DNA from: Octopus vulgaris
Taxonomy: Eukaryota
NCBI GenBank assembly: GCA_951406725.2
Contig: OX597819.1
Location: 9,176,001 to 9,240,000, forward strand
Length of the DNA stretch: 64,000 bases
Direction of reading: 5' to 3'
Shown in pieces: positions 24,807 through 39,840 of the stretch. The notes beneath the pieces were generated by a model. The model had not been told where the DNA came from. It saw only the letters and a program-made list of their open reading frames with translations, and made no database searches. The position numbers and the translations under genes are program-made. Numbering within the stretch: the stretch's first letter is position 1; every line of letters starts with the position of its first letter.

Positions 24807-25374
24807 CCATTGATTTCTAAATAGAACTAAATAGGAAATAACGTTTATTGACCAAAGACAAAAGAAATTGTTACACAGGCGCAGGAGTGGCTGTGTGGTA
24901 AGTAGCTTGCTAACCAACCACATGGTTCCGGGTTCAGTCCCACTGCGTAGCATCTTGGGCAAGTGTCTTCTGCTATAGCTCCGGGCCGACCAATGCCTTG
25001 TGAGTGGATTTGGTAGACGGAAACTGAAAGAAGCCTGTCGTATATATGTATATATATATATAAAGGGTGAAATTAATTAATTAGGGATAATTATCAATTA
25101 CACCAAGTAGATTTCGGCATGTAAAAGCCCCATTCGAGGAAAATTTAAGTAATACTAAGTAATTAAGGGTTTAGCAACGAATTGCCTCACCAACACACCG
25201 AATTTAGAAATAGCAGTCAAAGAGATATAGCTATTCCTTCTACTAAAAGGGGACTTTCATTCAAACTTTGAATTTCGTGGTACTGGTCATGCTTTGGCTC
25301 GCTCTGACACTGAGTTGAGATGATGCATTCTAGTATCTCAAAATTTAATATACAATTATTCATAATTGTGGTAT

Positions 25375-25466
25375 CCTGCGCCGATGAGAGAAGAAGTTTG
25401 GGTAAAGTAAAATTTTCTAATTCTTATGCTATCCTAAAACTTGATCTCGAAACGTACGTCCGTAGG
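25375..25466 (+). ncRNA. Type I hammerhead ribozyme, U4C variant, long stem II
   Basis: Stem I CCTGCG/CGTAGG, core CCGATGA, stem II GAGA..TCTC, GAA, palindrome ACGTACGT, GUC site at C25460. Confidence 0.82.
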
Positions 25467-25962
25467 TAACTTAAAATTGCATGATAGCTTGCCGTCATTT
25501 CATTCTTTCTTTCTTACCTGTCTGTGTTTGCCTTTCAAGTGCTGTGTTTTTACTGAGATCCCCCTTTTAGTAGAAGGAATAGCTATATCTCTTTGACTGC
25601 TATTTCTAAATTCGGTGTGTTGGTGAGGCAATTCGTTGCTAAACCCTTAATTACTTAGTATTACTTAAATTTTCCTCGAATGGGGCTTTTACATGCCGAA
25701 ATCTACTTGGTGTAATTGATAATTATCCCTAATTAATTAATTTCACCCTTTATTATTACTGATAACCATATTTTATCCCAGTAAATGACCGCAGCATTTT
25801 GTCTTGGCTACACGCGGGTGGAAGGGGGCTGGTGACACAAACTTTCATTCAAACTTTGAATTTCGTGGTACTGGTCATGCTTTGGCTCGCTCTGACACTG
25901 AGTTGAGATGATGCATTCTAGTATCTCAAAATTTAATATACAATTATTCATAATTGTGGTAT

Positions 25963-26054
25963 CCTGCGCCGATGAGAGAAGAAGTTTGGGTAAAGTAGAA
26001 TTTTCTAATTCTTATGCTATCCTAAAACTTGATCTCGAAACGTACGTCCGTAGG
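25963..26054 (+). ncRNA. Type I hammerhead ribozyme, second tandem copy
   Basis: Same elements, GUC site at C26048. Confidence 0.82.
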
Positions 26055-26245
26055 TAACTTAAAATTGTATGATAGATTGCCGTCATTTCATTCTTTCTTT
26101 CTTACCTGTCTGTGTTTGCCTTTCAAGTGCTGTGTTTTTACTGAGATCCCCCTTTTAGTAGAAGGAATAGCTATATCTCTTTGACTGCTATTTCTAAATT
26201 CGGTGTGTTGGTGAGGCAATTCGTTGCTAAACCCTTAATTACTTA

Positions 26246-26301
<56 letters not shown>

Positions 26302-26694
26302 AGGGAGTTTGTGTGTCTGTATTTGTCCCCCTAGCATTGCTTGACAACCGATGCTGGTGTGTTTACGTCCCCGTTACTTAGCGGTTCGGCAAAAGAGACC
26401 GATAGAATAAGTACGGGGCTTACAAAGAATAAGTCCCGGGGTCGATTTGCTCGACTAAAGGCGGTGCTCCCACATGGCCGCAGTCAAATGACTGAAACAA
26501 GTAAAAGAGTAAAAGAGAGAGTGTAATTCACATCCTTAGTGGCTGCAGAAAACAGATCAACATAACTGCGTAGCAATTATCCCTTTGCCTCTCCAGGACA
26601 TATTTCCCTGAAGTCCATGCAGCATATACGATACATATTCCTAATTTCTTTTTCAATCATCAGAATAGCTTGTGACTTAGGAAAGCCTTGTGTA

Positions 26695-27300
26695 TTAGGT
26701 TGCCCGGAAGGTTCTGAAAGTTTTTAAGCTAAATCTTTTATCGCTTCATTGAACACACCTTAAACGTAACACAGTTAAAATTTTGGCATTGCTTGAAGCA
26801 GTAGTGCATCTCTTCTCTGTTTCTGTCTAAAAATAGATTTATATCTTTCATTCCGGTTACCCATTATTGATATTTGAAATGGATAGCCAAGAATTTCATA
26901 TTCGTGTTGTAATGCTTTTCTTTTTTAAAAACGGAGAAAATGCTTCCAAAAACACTTGTGAAGTTTATGGTGAATGATGCTGTTGGTGAATCAACTGTTC
27001 GAAGGTGGTTTGCAAAATTTAAAGCTGGAGAGTTTAGCTTGGAAGATGACAGTCGCAGTGGAAGACCTTCAGAATTGGATGAAGATGTTTTGAAGAAAAA
27101 AAATCGAAGGAAGCTCAAATATTACGACTAGAGAACTTGCAGAGGAATTGGAAGTTTCTATAAGTAAGACTCATGAACACCTAGTGAAGATAGGATACAT
27201 TTCTCGCTATAATGTATGGGTCCCTCACAAATTCTCAAAAAAGAATTCCTTGGACCTTTATTCCGTTTGTGATATGATTTTGAAACGGAATGAAAGATAT
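26695..27300 (+). mobile_element. mariner transposon 5' half
   Basis: TA|TTAGGTTGCCCGGAAGG TIR, STVRRWFAKFKAGEFSLEDDSRSGRP, VWVPHKF. Confidence 0.88.
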
Positions 27301-27372
27301 TTTTATGTTATTTTGGTAAATATATCATTTTTGCGTAAGTTAAACAAAAATATATTCACTGCACTAAGTATG

Positions 27373-27425
<53 letters not shown>

Positions 27426-27428
<3 letters not shown>

Positions 27429-27537
27429 CTGCTCGCTTAGCCAGCGGGGTGGCGTCATTCGAAGGCTAAAACAATGTGAAGCGCATTGTGACCAGCGATG
27501 TGTAACAACATGTGATGGTCTGGTCGGTCATGTGATG

Positions 27538-27540
<3 letters not shown>
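27426..27540 (+). mobile_element. Tail of the SINE B variant
   Basis: Reverse complement of ~6155-6265. Confidence 0.75.
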
Positions 27541-27631
<91 letters not shown>

Positions 27632-27949
27632 ATGTATGTATGTATGTATGTATGTATGTATAGGGGTACGTCTGTGTATATATGGACACAGATGTGTTTG
27701 AGTGTAACGGAACCGGGAAGCGTATTATGTCCTCGAGAAGGATATAACATTTCTCTCAGTTGGTCAACGAGTATCGCACCAGGGCTAATGCAGCCCTCTC
27801 ACCACCCCCTACAGCTGTTACATCACGGATGTTCCAACAGGTCAAATATAGGACAGTCTTTTTGGCACTTAAAACAATTAGCGCAACTGCATGTGACATC
27901 TGTGTGGTTTTTACTCACACACACAACATGGACAAATATGTAACCATCC

Positions 27950-30682
<2,733 letters not shown>

Positions 30683-30685
30683 TAC

Positions 30686-30740
<55 letters not shown>

Positions 30741-30975
30741 AATCTTTGTAATTCTTATTAGGAAATGAAACACATGTAATGGAGAATAAATAACACTAAA
30801 AAAATTCCATTTTCCCATACAACAACCCTGTAAATGATATTTCAAAAACTCTTAATTTTAATATGTATATTTATTATCATACAACATTAACTATGGATAC
30901 ATATTAATTGCAATAATGGAATAAGCAGATGTGCTTCAAGAGGAAATAACTGAGGTTAACCCTAACAACCTATAT

Positions 30976-31378
30976 TCTTTTACTCTTTTACTTGTTTCAG
31001 TCATTTTGACTGTGGCCATGCTGGAGCACCGCCTTTAATCGAGCAACTCGATCCCGGGACTTATTCTTTTGTAAGCCCAGTACTTATTCTATCGGTCTCT
31101 TTTGCAGAACCGCTAGGTGACGGGGACGTAAACACACTAACATCGGTTGTCAAGCAATGCTAGGGGGACAAACATAGACACACAAACACAGACACACAAA
31201 CACACATATATATATACATATATACGACGGGCTTCTTTCAGTTTCCTTCTACCAAATCCACTCACAAGGCATTGGTCGGCCCGGGGCTATAGCAGAAGAC
31301 ACTTGCCCAAGATGCCACGCAGTGGGACTGAACCCGGAACCATGTGGTTGGTTAGCAAGCTACTTACCACACAGCCAC
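30976..31378 (-). mobile_element. SINE family A
   Basis: Near full-length match. Confidence 0.9.
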
Positions 31379-31600
31379 AATTTTTTTTAAATTCTGACCT
31401 TTGACAATTTCGTAACTGGCAGTCTGGAAGTAACAGACTTAAACTACAACATTCTCAGTTTTTAAATAAGAATTGTTAATTTGGAAGAAATAGACACAGT
31501 TGTAAGAAGGAAAATATGAGAGTATCATACGCGAGTAAGTTTATACATCAGGATCGACTTTTTAGAACTTGAAGCCCGAGTATTAATTCATGCACATGCA

Positions 31601-31678
<78 letters not shown>

Positions 31679-31679
<1 letters not shown>

Positions 31680-32165
31680 TCACTGCAGCCCTTCGCTTCA
31701 GGAGTCTCTTAGCGCGCCGGAACCAAGACATTTGAAATTTTATTCCCGATGTAATCAGTAAGACTAAGCACGTGTCTGTCTTGACACAGAGAGCTGGGGT
31801 TAGTCTTGCAGTTTGCATCTCGAGGACCGAATGTACTGAAGAAGTCACGGACACTTGAATTATGCAAGTAATTCTTTTGTTAAGACCGAAACCGAGGTAT
31901 GCATTTAAGTCTGTTTTTTATTTAATTTTTCATATGTCCTGCCCGCCAAATTTGGTTCTGGTGTTCGCTGAATTCTTCCTCTAGAGAATTTCCATTGTAG
32001 TTTGATCGTTTATGATCTATTTCTAGCATTCTGGCCGGCTACCTAGCAGGCCAGCCCTGCCAATATACACATATATTTGAATTTTCTCTGACTCCTCAGA
32101 TTTTTTGAATGCTGGACTACTGGTTTTAAATTGATATTAAAATTAATATTAATTTATCTCCCTCA

Positions 32166-32170
<5 letters not shown>
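31679..32170 (+). mobile_element. Penelope-like non-coding repeat P2 inside (TA)n
   Basis: Diverged copy at 61898-62536, (TA)n on both sides, contains a hammerhead. Confidence 0.78.
31830..31905 (+). ncRNA. Type I hammerhead ribozyme (GUA site)
   Basis: Stem I AATGTA/TGCATT, core CTGAAGA, stem II GTC..GAC with inner GAATTA/TAATTC, GAA, stem III ACC-GA-GGT, H17 = A31899. Confidence 0.8.
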
Positions 32171-32258
<88 letters not shown>

Positions 32259-32260
32259 TA

Positions 32261-32431
32261 GGCGCAGGAATGGCTGTGTGGTAAGTAGCTTGCTAACCAA
32301 CCACATGGTCCCGGGTTCAGTCCCACTGCGTGGCATCTTGGGCAAGTGTCTTCTGCTATAGCCCCGGGCCGACCAATGCCTTGTGAGTGGATTTGGTAGA
32401 CGGAAACTGAAAGAAGCCTGTCGTATATATG

Positions 32432-32466
<35 letters not shown>

Positions 32467-32631
32467 TTGTGTGTCTGTGTTTGTCCCCCTAGCATAGCTT
32501 GACAACCGATGCTGGTGGTGTGTTTACGTCCCTGTCACTTAGCGGTTCGGCAAAAGAGACCGATAGAATAAGTACTGGGCTTACAAAGTATAAGTCCCGG
32601 GGTCGATTTGCTCGACTAAAGGCGGTGCTCC
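32261..32631 (+). mobile_element. SINE family A, 3'-truncated
   Basis: Match ends at ggcggtgctcc. Confidence 0.88.
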
Positions 32632-33144
32632 AATTAAAGTAGGTTACATGGTGCGTTTAGACACTTTCGTTTCAGCCGATTCTCATGAAAAAAAAGTTAT
32701 ATAAAAATCCTAACCACTTGGCCACACGCCTTCATCCCGCCCACACACGCGCGTGTGTGTGTGTGTGTGTGAGAGAGAGACAGGCAGAGACAGAGACAGA
32801 GAGACATACAGATAGAGCGAGACAGAGACAGAGAGGGAGAGAGAAACAAAATTTTGCCTCGTATTCTATAATTGCTGAGAGTAAACTTGACTAGGGCTTG
32901 GAGCGATGACGTTAGTGAATTGCATGTATTCCATTGAATGAGGTTTCTTAAGTGCTGCAATCGTATCATTGGGAGGTGTTCTTCATCGAAAATATATTGG
33001 CTACTTAAACATGAAGAGCAGGATAGAGAAACAAGTAAAGGAAAGCGAATACATAGTTTTACTATTCAGGTTGTGTGTATGCTTATCTGAAGGACCAAAA
33101 GTGTAAATAAAGTACTTTGGTGAGGCAGAAAGCAAACATTTTTT

Positions 33145-33527
33145 GGAAGCACACCGTCGTTTACGACGATGAGGGTTCCGGTTGATCCGAATCAACGGAA
33201 CAGCCTGCTCGTGAAATTAACGTGTAAGTGGCTGAGCACTCCACAGACACGTGTACCCTTAACGTAGTTCTCGGGGATATTCAGCGTGACACAGAGAGTG
33301 ACAAGGCCAGCCCTTTGAAATACAGGTACAACAGAAACAGGAAGTAAGAGTGAGAGAAAGTTGTGGTGAAAGAGTACAGCAGGGATCACCACCATCCCCT
33401 GCCGGAGCCTCGTGGAGCTTTTAAGTGTTTTCGCTCAATAAACACTCACAACGCCCGGTCTGGGAATCGAAACCTCGATCCTACGACCGCGAGTCCGCTG
33501 CCCTAACCACTGGGCCATTGCGCCTCC
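33145..33527 (-). mobile_element. SINE family B
   Basis: Full-length match. Confidence 0.9.
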
Positions 33528-34185
33528 ACCTAAGTTTCTATACTGAGCGGCTGAGTGAATCAATCAACTAAATTTCTATTATTGGCAGTTACTTATTTAT
33601 CAACCCTGTTGCTGGCACTTATTTATCAACAGCGCTGATAAATAAGTGCCACCAATAGTTTAACCCCACTGGCACCGAGAACAGAGTGCCGCGAAGAACC
33701 CAAATACTATGGTCAACCATTTGGTCCGTCGTTTGGATGTGTCAGAAATCTAACTCTTCAGTAATTATTATTTTAAGTAATTAATAATTTATGATGTCCG
33801 CTGAATACAAAGAAAGTAGTGTATTGAGATTGACTTCATAAAAAATTATGATATAGTCGATTAACCCCAAAATACATATTCACTATAGTGATAAATGTTT
33901 CAAAATGATTACAAAACACTACACACAGCAGCGCTCTTAAATCAACTTAAATCAATATGTTTGATCGTTATAAAACCAAATTAATTTATTATTTATTTTA
34001 TTTTTTACTTTTTATTTACTTAATGAAAATAAATAATCCAGACGTGCCATCAGGCCTGAAAATCGATAGCTGAGTTAGTATCAGCTTATTTAAAAAAAAA
34101 ACTGGCTGGAAATCATTACGCAAATAGGAAAAACATTAATTAATGACTAATGTCGTCTTAATTATTTTGGTAACCACAGGAGGCA

Positions 34186-34229
34186 ACTTCGGATATTTTT
34201 TGGTCATATTTTGACCTCATCAGCAAAGT
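34186..34229 (-). ncRNA. Decayed type I hammerhead (G12A)
   Basis: Stem I ACTTTG/CGAAGT, CTGATGA, stem II GGTC/GACC, AAA in place of GAA, AUC site. Confidence 0.62.
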
Positions 34230-34712
34230 ATAACCTTCACAGCAGTGGGTGAGGGAAGAAGGCATAAACTACACAGTTTATAATTTTTAAATGACACACT
34301 ATATTTTTTCTATTATTTGATTTATTTTTTGTTTTAGTTTTCAGACATCTTAAACCACTTGATAAGTATGTCCACCAGGCTTAGTTACACGCTGCACGAG
34401 CCAGCGAAGGAGGAGCCTCTACACATTTATTCGACCAGGGTACCAAGGAAATCTCCAACAGTGGAGTTCCCCGATTATCTTTAGAAGCCTTCCTGTAACA
34501 GGAGGACCACATCCCTAGCATCCTCCCCGCCCTTTTTTTTTACCTTTGTATGCTATGCATATGTCCCTTCTTTTTCAGCGTATACCGTGTATACTTATTT
34601 TCTTTACATTTAAAAAATTTTTTTATCATTTCATTATTATATGTAACCCCGTGCACTTTATGTCTGTCTCTATATTGTCCCCCTCATCTTTCACCCTGAG
34701 GCAAATAAATGA

Positions 34713-34728
34713 AATCATCATCATCATC

Positions 34729-34781
<53 letters not shown>

Positions 34782-34862
34782 TATTATTATCATTATTATT
34801 ATCATTATCATCATCATCACCCTCATCATCATCAACATCATCATCATTATTATTATTATTAT
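34713..34862. repeat. (ATC)n/(ATT)n microsatellite
   Basis: Directly visible. Confidence 0.95.
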
Positions 34863-36062
34863 TCTATGTTTGACTTTTGCTTTATATTTTGTACAAGTTG
34901 GCTCCAAGTCTCACCCAGAGACCTCAAGAGACAACAGGTTGGAAGTTCATGTTGTTGTTATGCCTAGTGTGCCATATATTTGGTTTTGTATTTAGTGTTG
35001 TACAGGCGAATGTCTTAAAAAAAAAAACGAAAATTATGTTTGTTTTAAAACTTGAGATTACATAGAAAGTATTTTGCGTAGGATATGAGCAGTTCCCATG
35101 AGCACTATCTTTTGAATTTCTGCCATTTTGGGGTTTACTGGTATCTGAGTTAGGTAGCAATCAGCCCCTTTTGCTATCATTCCCAGGGCACCTATGACAA
35201 CAGGTATTGTTTTAGTCTTCAGGTTCCACATTTTGCTGATTTCTATTTCAAGATCTTTATATTTGCTCAGTTTCGGTAGGTCTTGACAGATACGTTTATA
35301 CCTATTGGGATAGTCATATCAATGAGGAGGCATGTTCTTTGTCTGAAGTCTTTCAATATGATGTCTGGCCTATTTGTGTCTATCTTTCTGTCAGTTTGAA
35401 TGGTGACAAGCACTGGAGGTGGTTTGTGTTCCCACCAGTTTTTTTCATGGGGCAAATCCAGGTTTTTGCAAATTACCCAGTGAATATATTGTGCAGCTCT
35501 ATCATGCCTGTTGAGATACTCTGTAGGCGCTAGAAGACTGCACTTGGAGACAACATGATCAATGGTTTCATTTTGTTGTTGACATACACGACATGTTGGG
35601 CTACTGCCGTTCTTTAATATGTTGGCCTGGTAGTTCCTTGTTGGTAGGCATTGATCTTGAGCTGCTATGATAAACCCTTCTGTTTCAGATTTTAAGCCAG
35701 AGGCCATTAGCTATTGATGGGTCAGGGCTTTGTCAACATCTGCATTATTCGCTCTCTGTGGGTATTTGCCATAGAGAGGTTTTTCTTGCCATTTATCATT
35801 CAGAATATCTAAGGCCGCAGTTTTAGCACGGGTTTTCATGCGCTTAGCTTTTTCTGTGCTTGTTTCTTGTATATCTAATTCCGAAATTTGTTGTATTCGG
35901 AATTCACTTAGATATTCCTTTGCCTGTTTTGTTACTGAATATGATGCTTTCTTGTTTTCATGTTTTGAGACAAGTTTTAACATCCAGTCCTCAGAGTTTT
36001 TCAGGTAGATGTCTAGGCCAATTGTAGCAATCTTCATTGTTATTGCCAGTTGTAAAAGTCTC

Positions 36063-36063
<1 letters not shown>
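34863..36063 (-). mobile_element. R4/Dong-type retrotransposon 3' part (Zn knuckle + RLE), 5'-truncated
   Basis: SETEGFIIAAQDQ, CRVC..ETIDHVVSKC, RHD, RPDII, PVVIGALG. (AAT)n at both junctions. Confidence 0.92.
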
Positions 36064-36144
<81 letters not shown>

Positions 36145-36407
36145 CATTATTGTTATTCATTTAGTTTATCATCTGAAGTACGTGTGTATTCATCATTTTA
36201 TTTATTTTATTTAACTTTAGGAAAGCTGAAGCATAACTTTACCAATTCCAGAGCGTTTTGTGCGTGAGCTTTGGCTCTCTCTCAAAAACATCTACATGAA
36301 GTTAAATATTTGTCCGGTCACAGAGTGACCAATGGGTTCGCATGTAAATACTTTACTGCTCTAACTTTTGGAGTGTGCTTCTTTTTCGGATATATGATCC
36401 ACTGACG

Positions 36408-36458
<51 letters not shown>

Positions 36459-36660
36459 CACGAGTGTATGTATATGCGTTTATCTATTCAAGTTCTTATC
36501 TTTTACTTGTTGATGGGGCACTACTTTGAATCACATTTTAAAAATCCTGATATTCATTCTAACGGTCTCTTTTGCCGAACCGTTAACTTACGGGAAAGCA
36601 AACACACCATTTGTCAATCGGTGGTGAAGATAAACATAAACAAGTACACACACACATGTG

Positions 36661-36703
<43 letters not shown>

Positions 36704-36711
36704 GTATGTAT

Positions 36712-37002
36712 ATGTATATAATTTAAAGAAAAAGCCTCTATTAAACAATTCAATAAAGAAAGATGTTAAGATGTTATTCACACCATATAGAAAACATATA
36801 CTATAAAAACCTTATTCTAAAAACCAATAAAGTACAATAAGTAGTAAATAGTAGTAAAAAGACTTTTTACTACTATTTACTATGTATTGTACTTTATTGA
36901 TTTTTAGAATAAGGTTTTTATAGTATATGTTTTCTATATGGTGTGAATAGCATTTTTCTTTATTGAATTGTTTAATTGTGGTTTTTCTCTAAATTATATA
37001 CA
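36712..37002. repeat. Long AT-rich palindrome, ~140-bp arms
   Basis: Arms reverse-complementary around ~36862 with a few mismatches and a spacer of only a few nt. Confidence 0.9.
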
Positions 37003-37118
37003 TATATTATATATTGGGAAATTTGATTTAAAATTGTTAAATTGAATTTTTCCCTGTAAGTTTTGGAATTATATTCCCTACTATTATTATTATATTGTAT
37101 TATATATATATGTATATA

Positions 37119-37338
37119 GTTAATCCAAACAAGAAAACACACACAAAAAAACACAACAATGCGAAGACGTGGAACAAATATAGTATTATTGGACGCTCAG
37201 AAAAGAAGGGAAGAAGGAGGGTTTAACGTTTCGAGCGGAGCTCTTCGTCGGAAACATAGGAGAAGGAAAGATCCCGAGAAGGGAAGACAGAGGGAAAAAA
37301 ATCGCTAACGGTACACACGAGGTCACATTTTGAAAGAC

Positions 37339-37341
<3 letters not shown>
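37119..37341 (-). mobile_element. Penelope-like non-coding repeat P1
   Basis: Related to 40492-40776 and 6059-6133, (TA)n flanks, carries a hammerhead. Confidence 0.72.
37221..37255 (-). ncRNA. Minimal type I hammerhead, U4C variant (GUU site)
   Basis: GTTT-CCGACGA-A-GAGC-TCC-GCTC-GAA-ACGT-T-AAAC. Confidence 0.68.
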
Positions 37342-37405
<64 letters not shown>

Positions 37406-37429
37406 AATAGTAAAAAGTGCTTTCAAATT

Positions 37430-37496
<67 letters not shown>

Positions 37497-37595
37497 CTAC
37501 AGAAGGCTTGTTTTAAAAGGTTAAAAAATATATATTTGAGTCAATATGTCTGAAGAATGTTATAAATATTTTTCATACAATGACATAGTTTTTGA

Positions 37596-37633
37596 AGAAA
37601 TGACCGGTTTCGCGTTCAGCTTTTCAAATTTCT
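37596..37633 (-). ncRNA. Minimal type I hammerhead, U3-A8 compensatory core
   Basis: AGAAAT-TTGAAAA-GC-TGAAC-GC-GAA-ACCGGT-C-ATTTCT. Confidence 0.78.
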
Positions 37634-37635
37634 CA

Positions 37636-37673
<38 letters not shown>

Positions 37674-37793
37674 AAATAGTAAAAAGTGAAAAAACTACAG
37701 AAGGCTTGTTTTAAAAGGTTAAAAAATATATTTTTGAGTCAATATGTCTGAAGAATGTTATAAATATTTTTCATACAATGACATAGTTTTTGA

Positions 37794-37831
37794 AGAAATG
37801 ACCGGTTTCGCGTTCAGCTTTTCAAATTTCT
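37794..37831 (-). ncRNA. Minimal type I hammerhead, second tandem copy
   Basis: Identical to 37596-37633. Confidence 0.78.
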
Positions 37832-37833
37832 CA

Positions 37834-37888
<55 letters not shown>

Positions 37889-38289
37889 CCACTCACATGA
37901 CCTTGTTAGCCTGAGGTTAGAGTGGTGGTGCTGAACCTGGATCTTGGTGGTTGGTATGCAAACTTATTACCACACAGCCACGCCTACGTTAATGTAAATT
38001 TAAATGTAAAGGCAAATGTTGATATGTATTTATGCAAGTATCCTATGAAAGAAAAGTCAGGTCCGTCAGTTGATGCTTGCACATGTCATAATGTTTATGT
38101 GTGTTTCATGGCTAAGAAGATGACAGCATCATTAAGTTATTTCCTGCTTGAAATTGTAAACATGTCCAATATGTTATCTGTCATTGGCTACATAAAAATA
38201 GAGTTTAGAATTGCTGGTGATTATATTTTCACTCTGATGCAACTTTGTCAGCGTAGACGTGGGTGGAGTAAAATGACATATATATATAT

Positions 38290-38342
<53 letters not shown>

Positions 38343-38350
38343 GACACATA

Positions 38351-38398
<48 letters not shown>

Positions 38399-38411
38399 GA
38401 CACACACACAG

Positions 38412-38447
<36 letters not shown>

Positions 38448-38675
38448 TTAGTGAAGGGAAGAAATGGAGCTGAACGAAGATTCTACAAAATTCCTTTTTA
38501 TTATTTTCTACACATGTTTCAAAGGCTGCAAATTTCCAAATTCGGATTGAATAAGGAGACCATTTTGCAGCTTTCTCTTCAGGAAAAACAGGAATTTAAA
38601 TCTCCAAACAAATGCGCAGCAAGCTATTCGAACAAAACGCTCCCTAGGAGCCCATGGTAAGGCACATATATATCC

Positions 38676-38744
<69 letters not shown>

Positions 38745-39029
38745 TTGTTTAAAATAGACACGATTCCAAGAACAAGAACACATTACAAAGTGATTGATAA
38801 CACCGTACCTGTGTGATTCTATTGTGTTTTTAGTTCTTATCTTACCTACGATTTTAGTTCTTATCTTACCTACGATTACTTTTTGACAACTGGGATTTTC
38901 TTCTATGAAAATTTGTCGTTCTGTACGAAGCAAATTGTATTGCAACATGAGTAATAAAAACTATAATCCATTTTAACATCTAATCTCCTTCATTTACATA
39001 AATATGAATGTATTTGTTGAATACTTAAC

Positions 39030-39085
<56 letters not shown>

Positions 39086-39088
<3 letters not shown>

Positions 39089-39610
39089 CTTGATCACCTT
39101 GACCGACCAGTCCGTCGGGCGTCCAATTGACACCGCTGCTCACTGCACGCTGTCCACTCCTCTCTGGATCGTGCCTTTCTCATCCACGTGATCCCAATCG
39201 TCCTCCTAAAATCGTAACTCCACCGTCGTGGAGGCCTTCCGAGTGGTCGTTTCCGCTCGCGCGGGTACCATTCGATAACTGCGCGGGTCCACCGATTATC
39301 GGTGAGCCGGGCGACGTGTCCAGCCCATCTAAACTTGCTGCGTGTATACTCTGCGATGACATCCCTCACGCCGGACTTCTCTCTGATGGCCTCGCTACTG
39401 ATGTGCTCTCTCAACGAGATTCCAAGCATTGACCTTTCCATGGCTCTTTGAGTCGTTACTAATCTCTGCTCTTCTTTCTTTGTTGTAGCCCATGTTTCAC
39501 TACCATATAACATTGCAAGTAGAACTGTGCTGTTGATGAGGTTGGCATGAGTGGTCCTGTCCAACCTTCCCTTGAGCACATCCCTTATACCATTAAATGC
39601 CTTTCATCCG
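39086..39610 (-). mobile_element. RTE (BovB-like) LINE 3' fragment
   Basis: MLYGSETW..QRAMERSMLG..KFRWAGHVAR..RPLGRPPRRW, ending in a TCAAGGTGA tandem next to (TA)n. Confidence 0.92.
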
Positions 39611-39667
39611 GTCCTTATTCTTCAAGTCTACCAGAAATGTCCAGCCATTACCACCACTCCAACAGGA

Positions 39668-39840
39668 AGAATAAGTCGATTATACCGACTCCAGGGCGTA
39701 ACTGGTACTTATTTAATCGACCCCGAAAGGATGAGAGGCAAAGTCGACCTCGGCGGAATTTGAACTCAGAACATAACTGCAGATGAAATACCGCTTAGCA
39801 TTTCCTCCACCGTGCTAGCGATTCTCCCAGCTCGCCGCCT
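39668..39840 (-). mobile_element. SINE family C
   Basis: Head and core match. Confidence 0.85.

Larger units (their letters stand above)
25060..26249 (+). mobile_element. Penelope-like non-coding element: inverted segment plus 588-bp partial tandem
   Basis: 25060-25253 is the reverse complement of 25559-25753. The unit starting at 25253 repeats at 25841. One hammerhead per unit. Confidence 0.85.
24878..26518 (+). mobile_element. SINE family A split by an insertion into its internal (TA)n
   Basis: 5' half at 24878-25060, 3' half at ~26250-26518. Confidence 0.9.
37401..37837 (-). repeat. 198-bp tandem repeat with one minimal hammerhead per unit
   Basis: 37491-37637 repeats at 37689-37835, separated by (TA)n. 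Confidence 0.85.

Noticed and set aside
33612-33650. 16-bp perfect hairpin as a terminator or regulatory site
   Set aside because: The arms resemble the SINE C core, so it is probably a local fold-back, and intrinsic terminators are not expected in this context.
38451-38660. [11 protein letters not shown] segment as a GIY-YIG C-terminal remnant
   Set aside because: Similarity is too short and needs a frameshift, so it cannot be supported without an HMM search.
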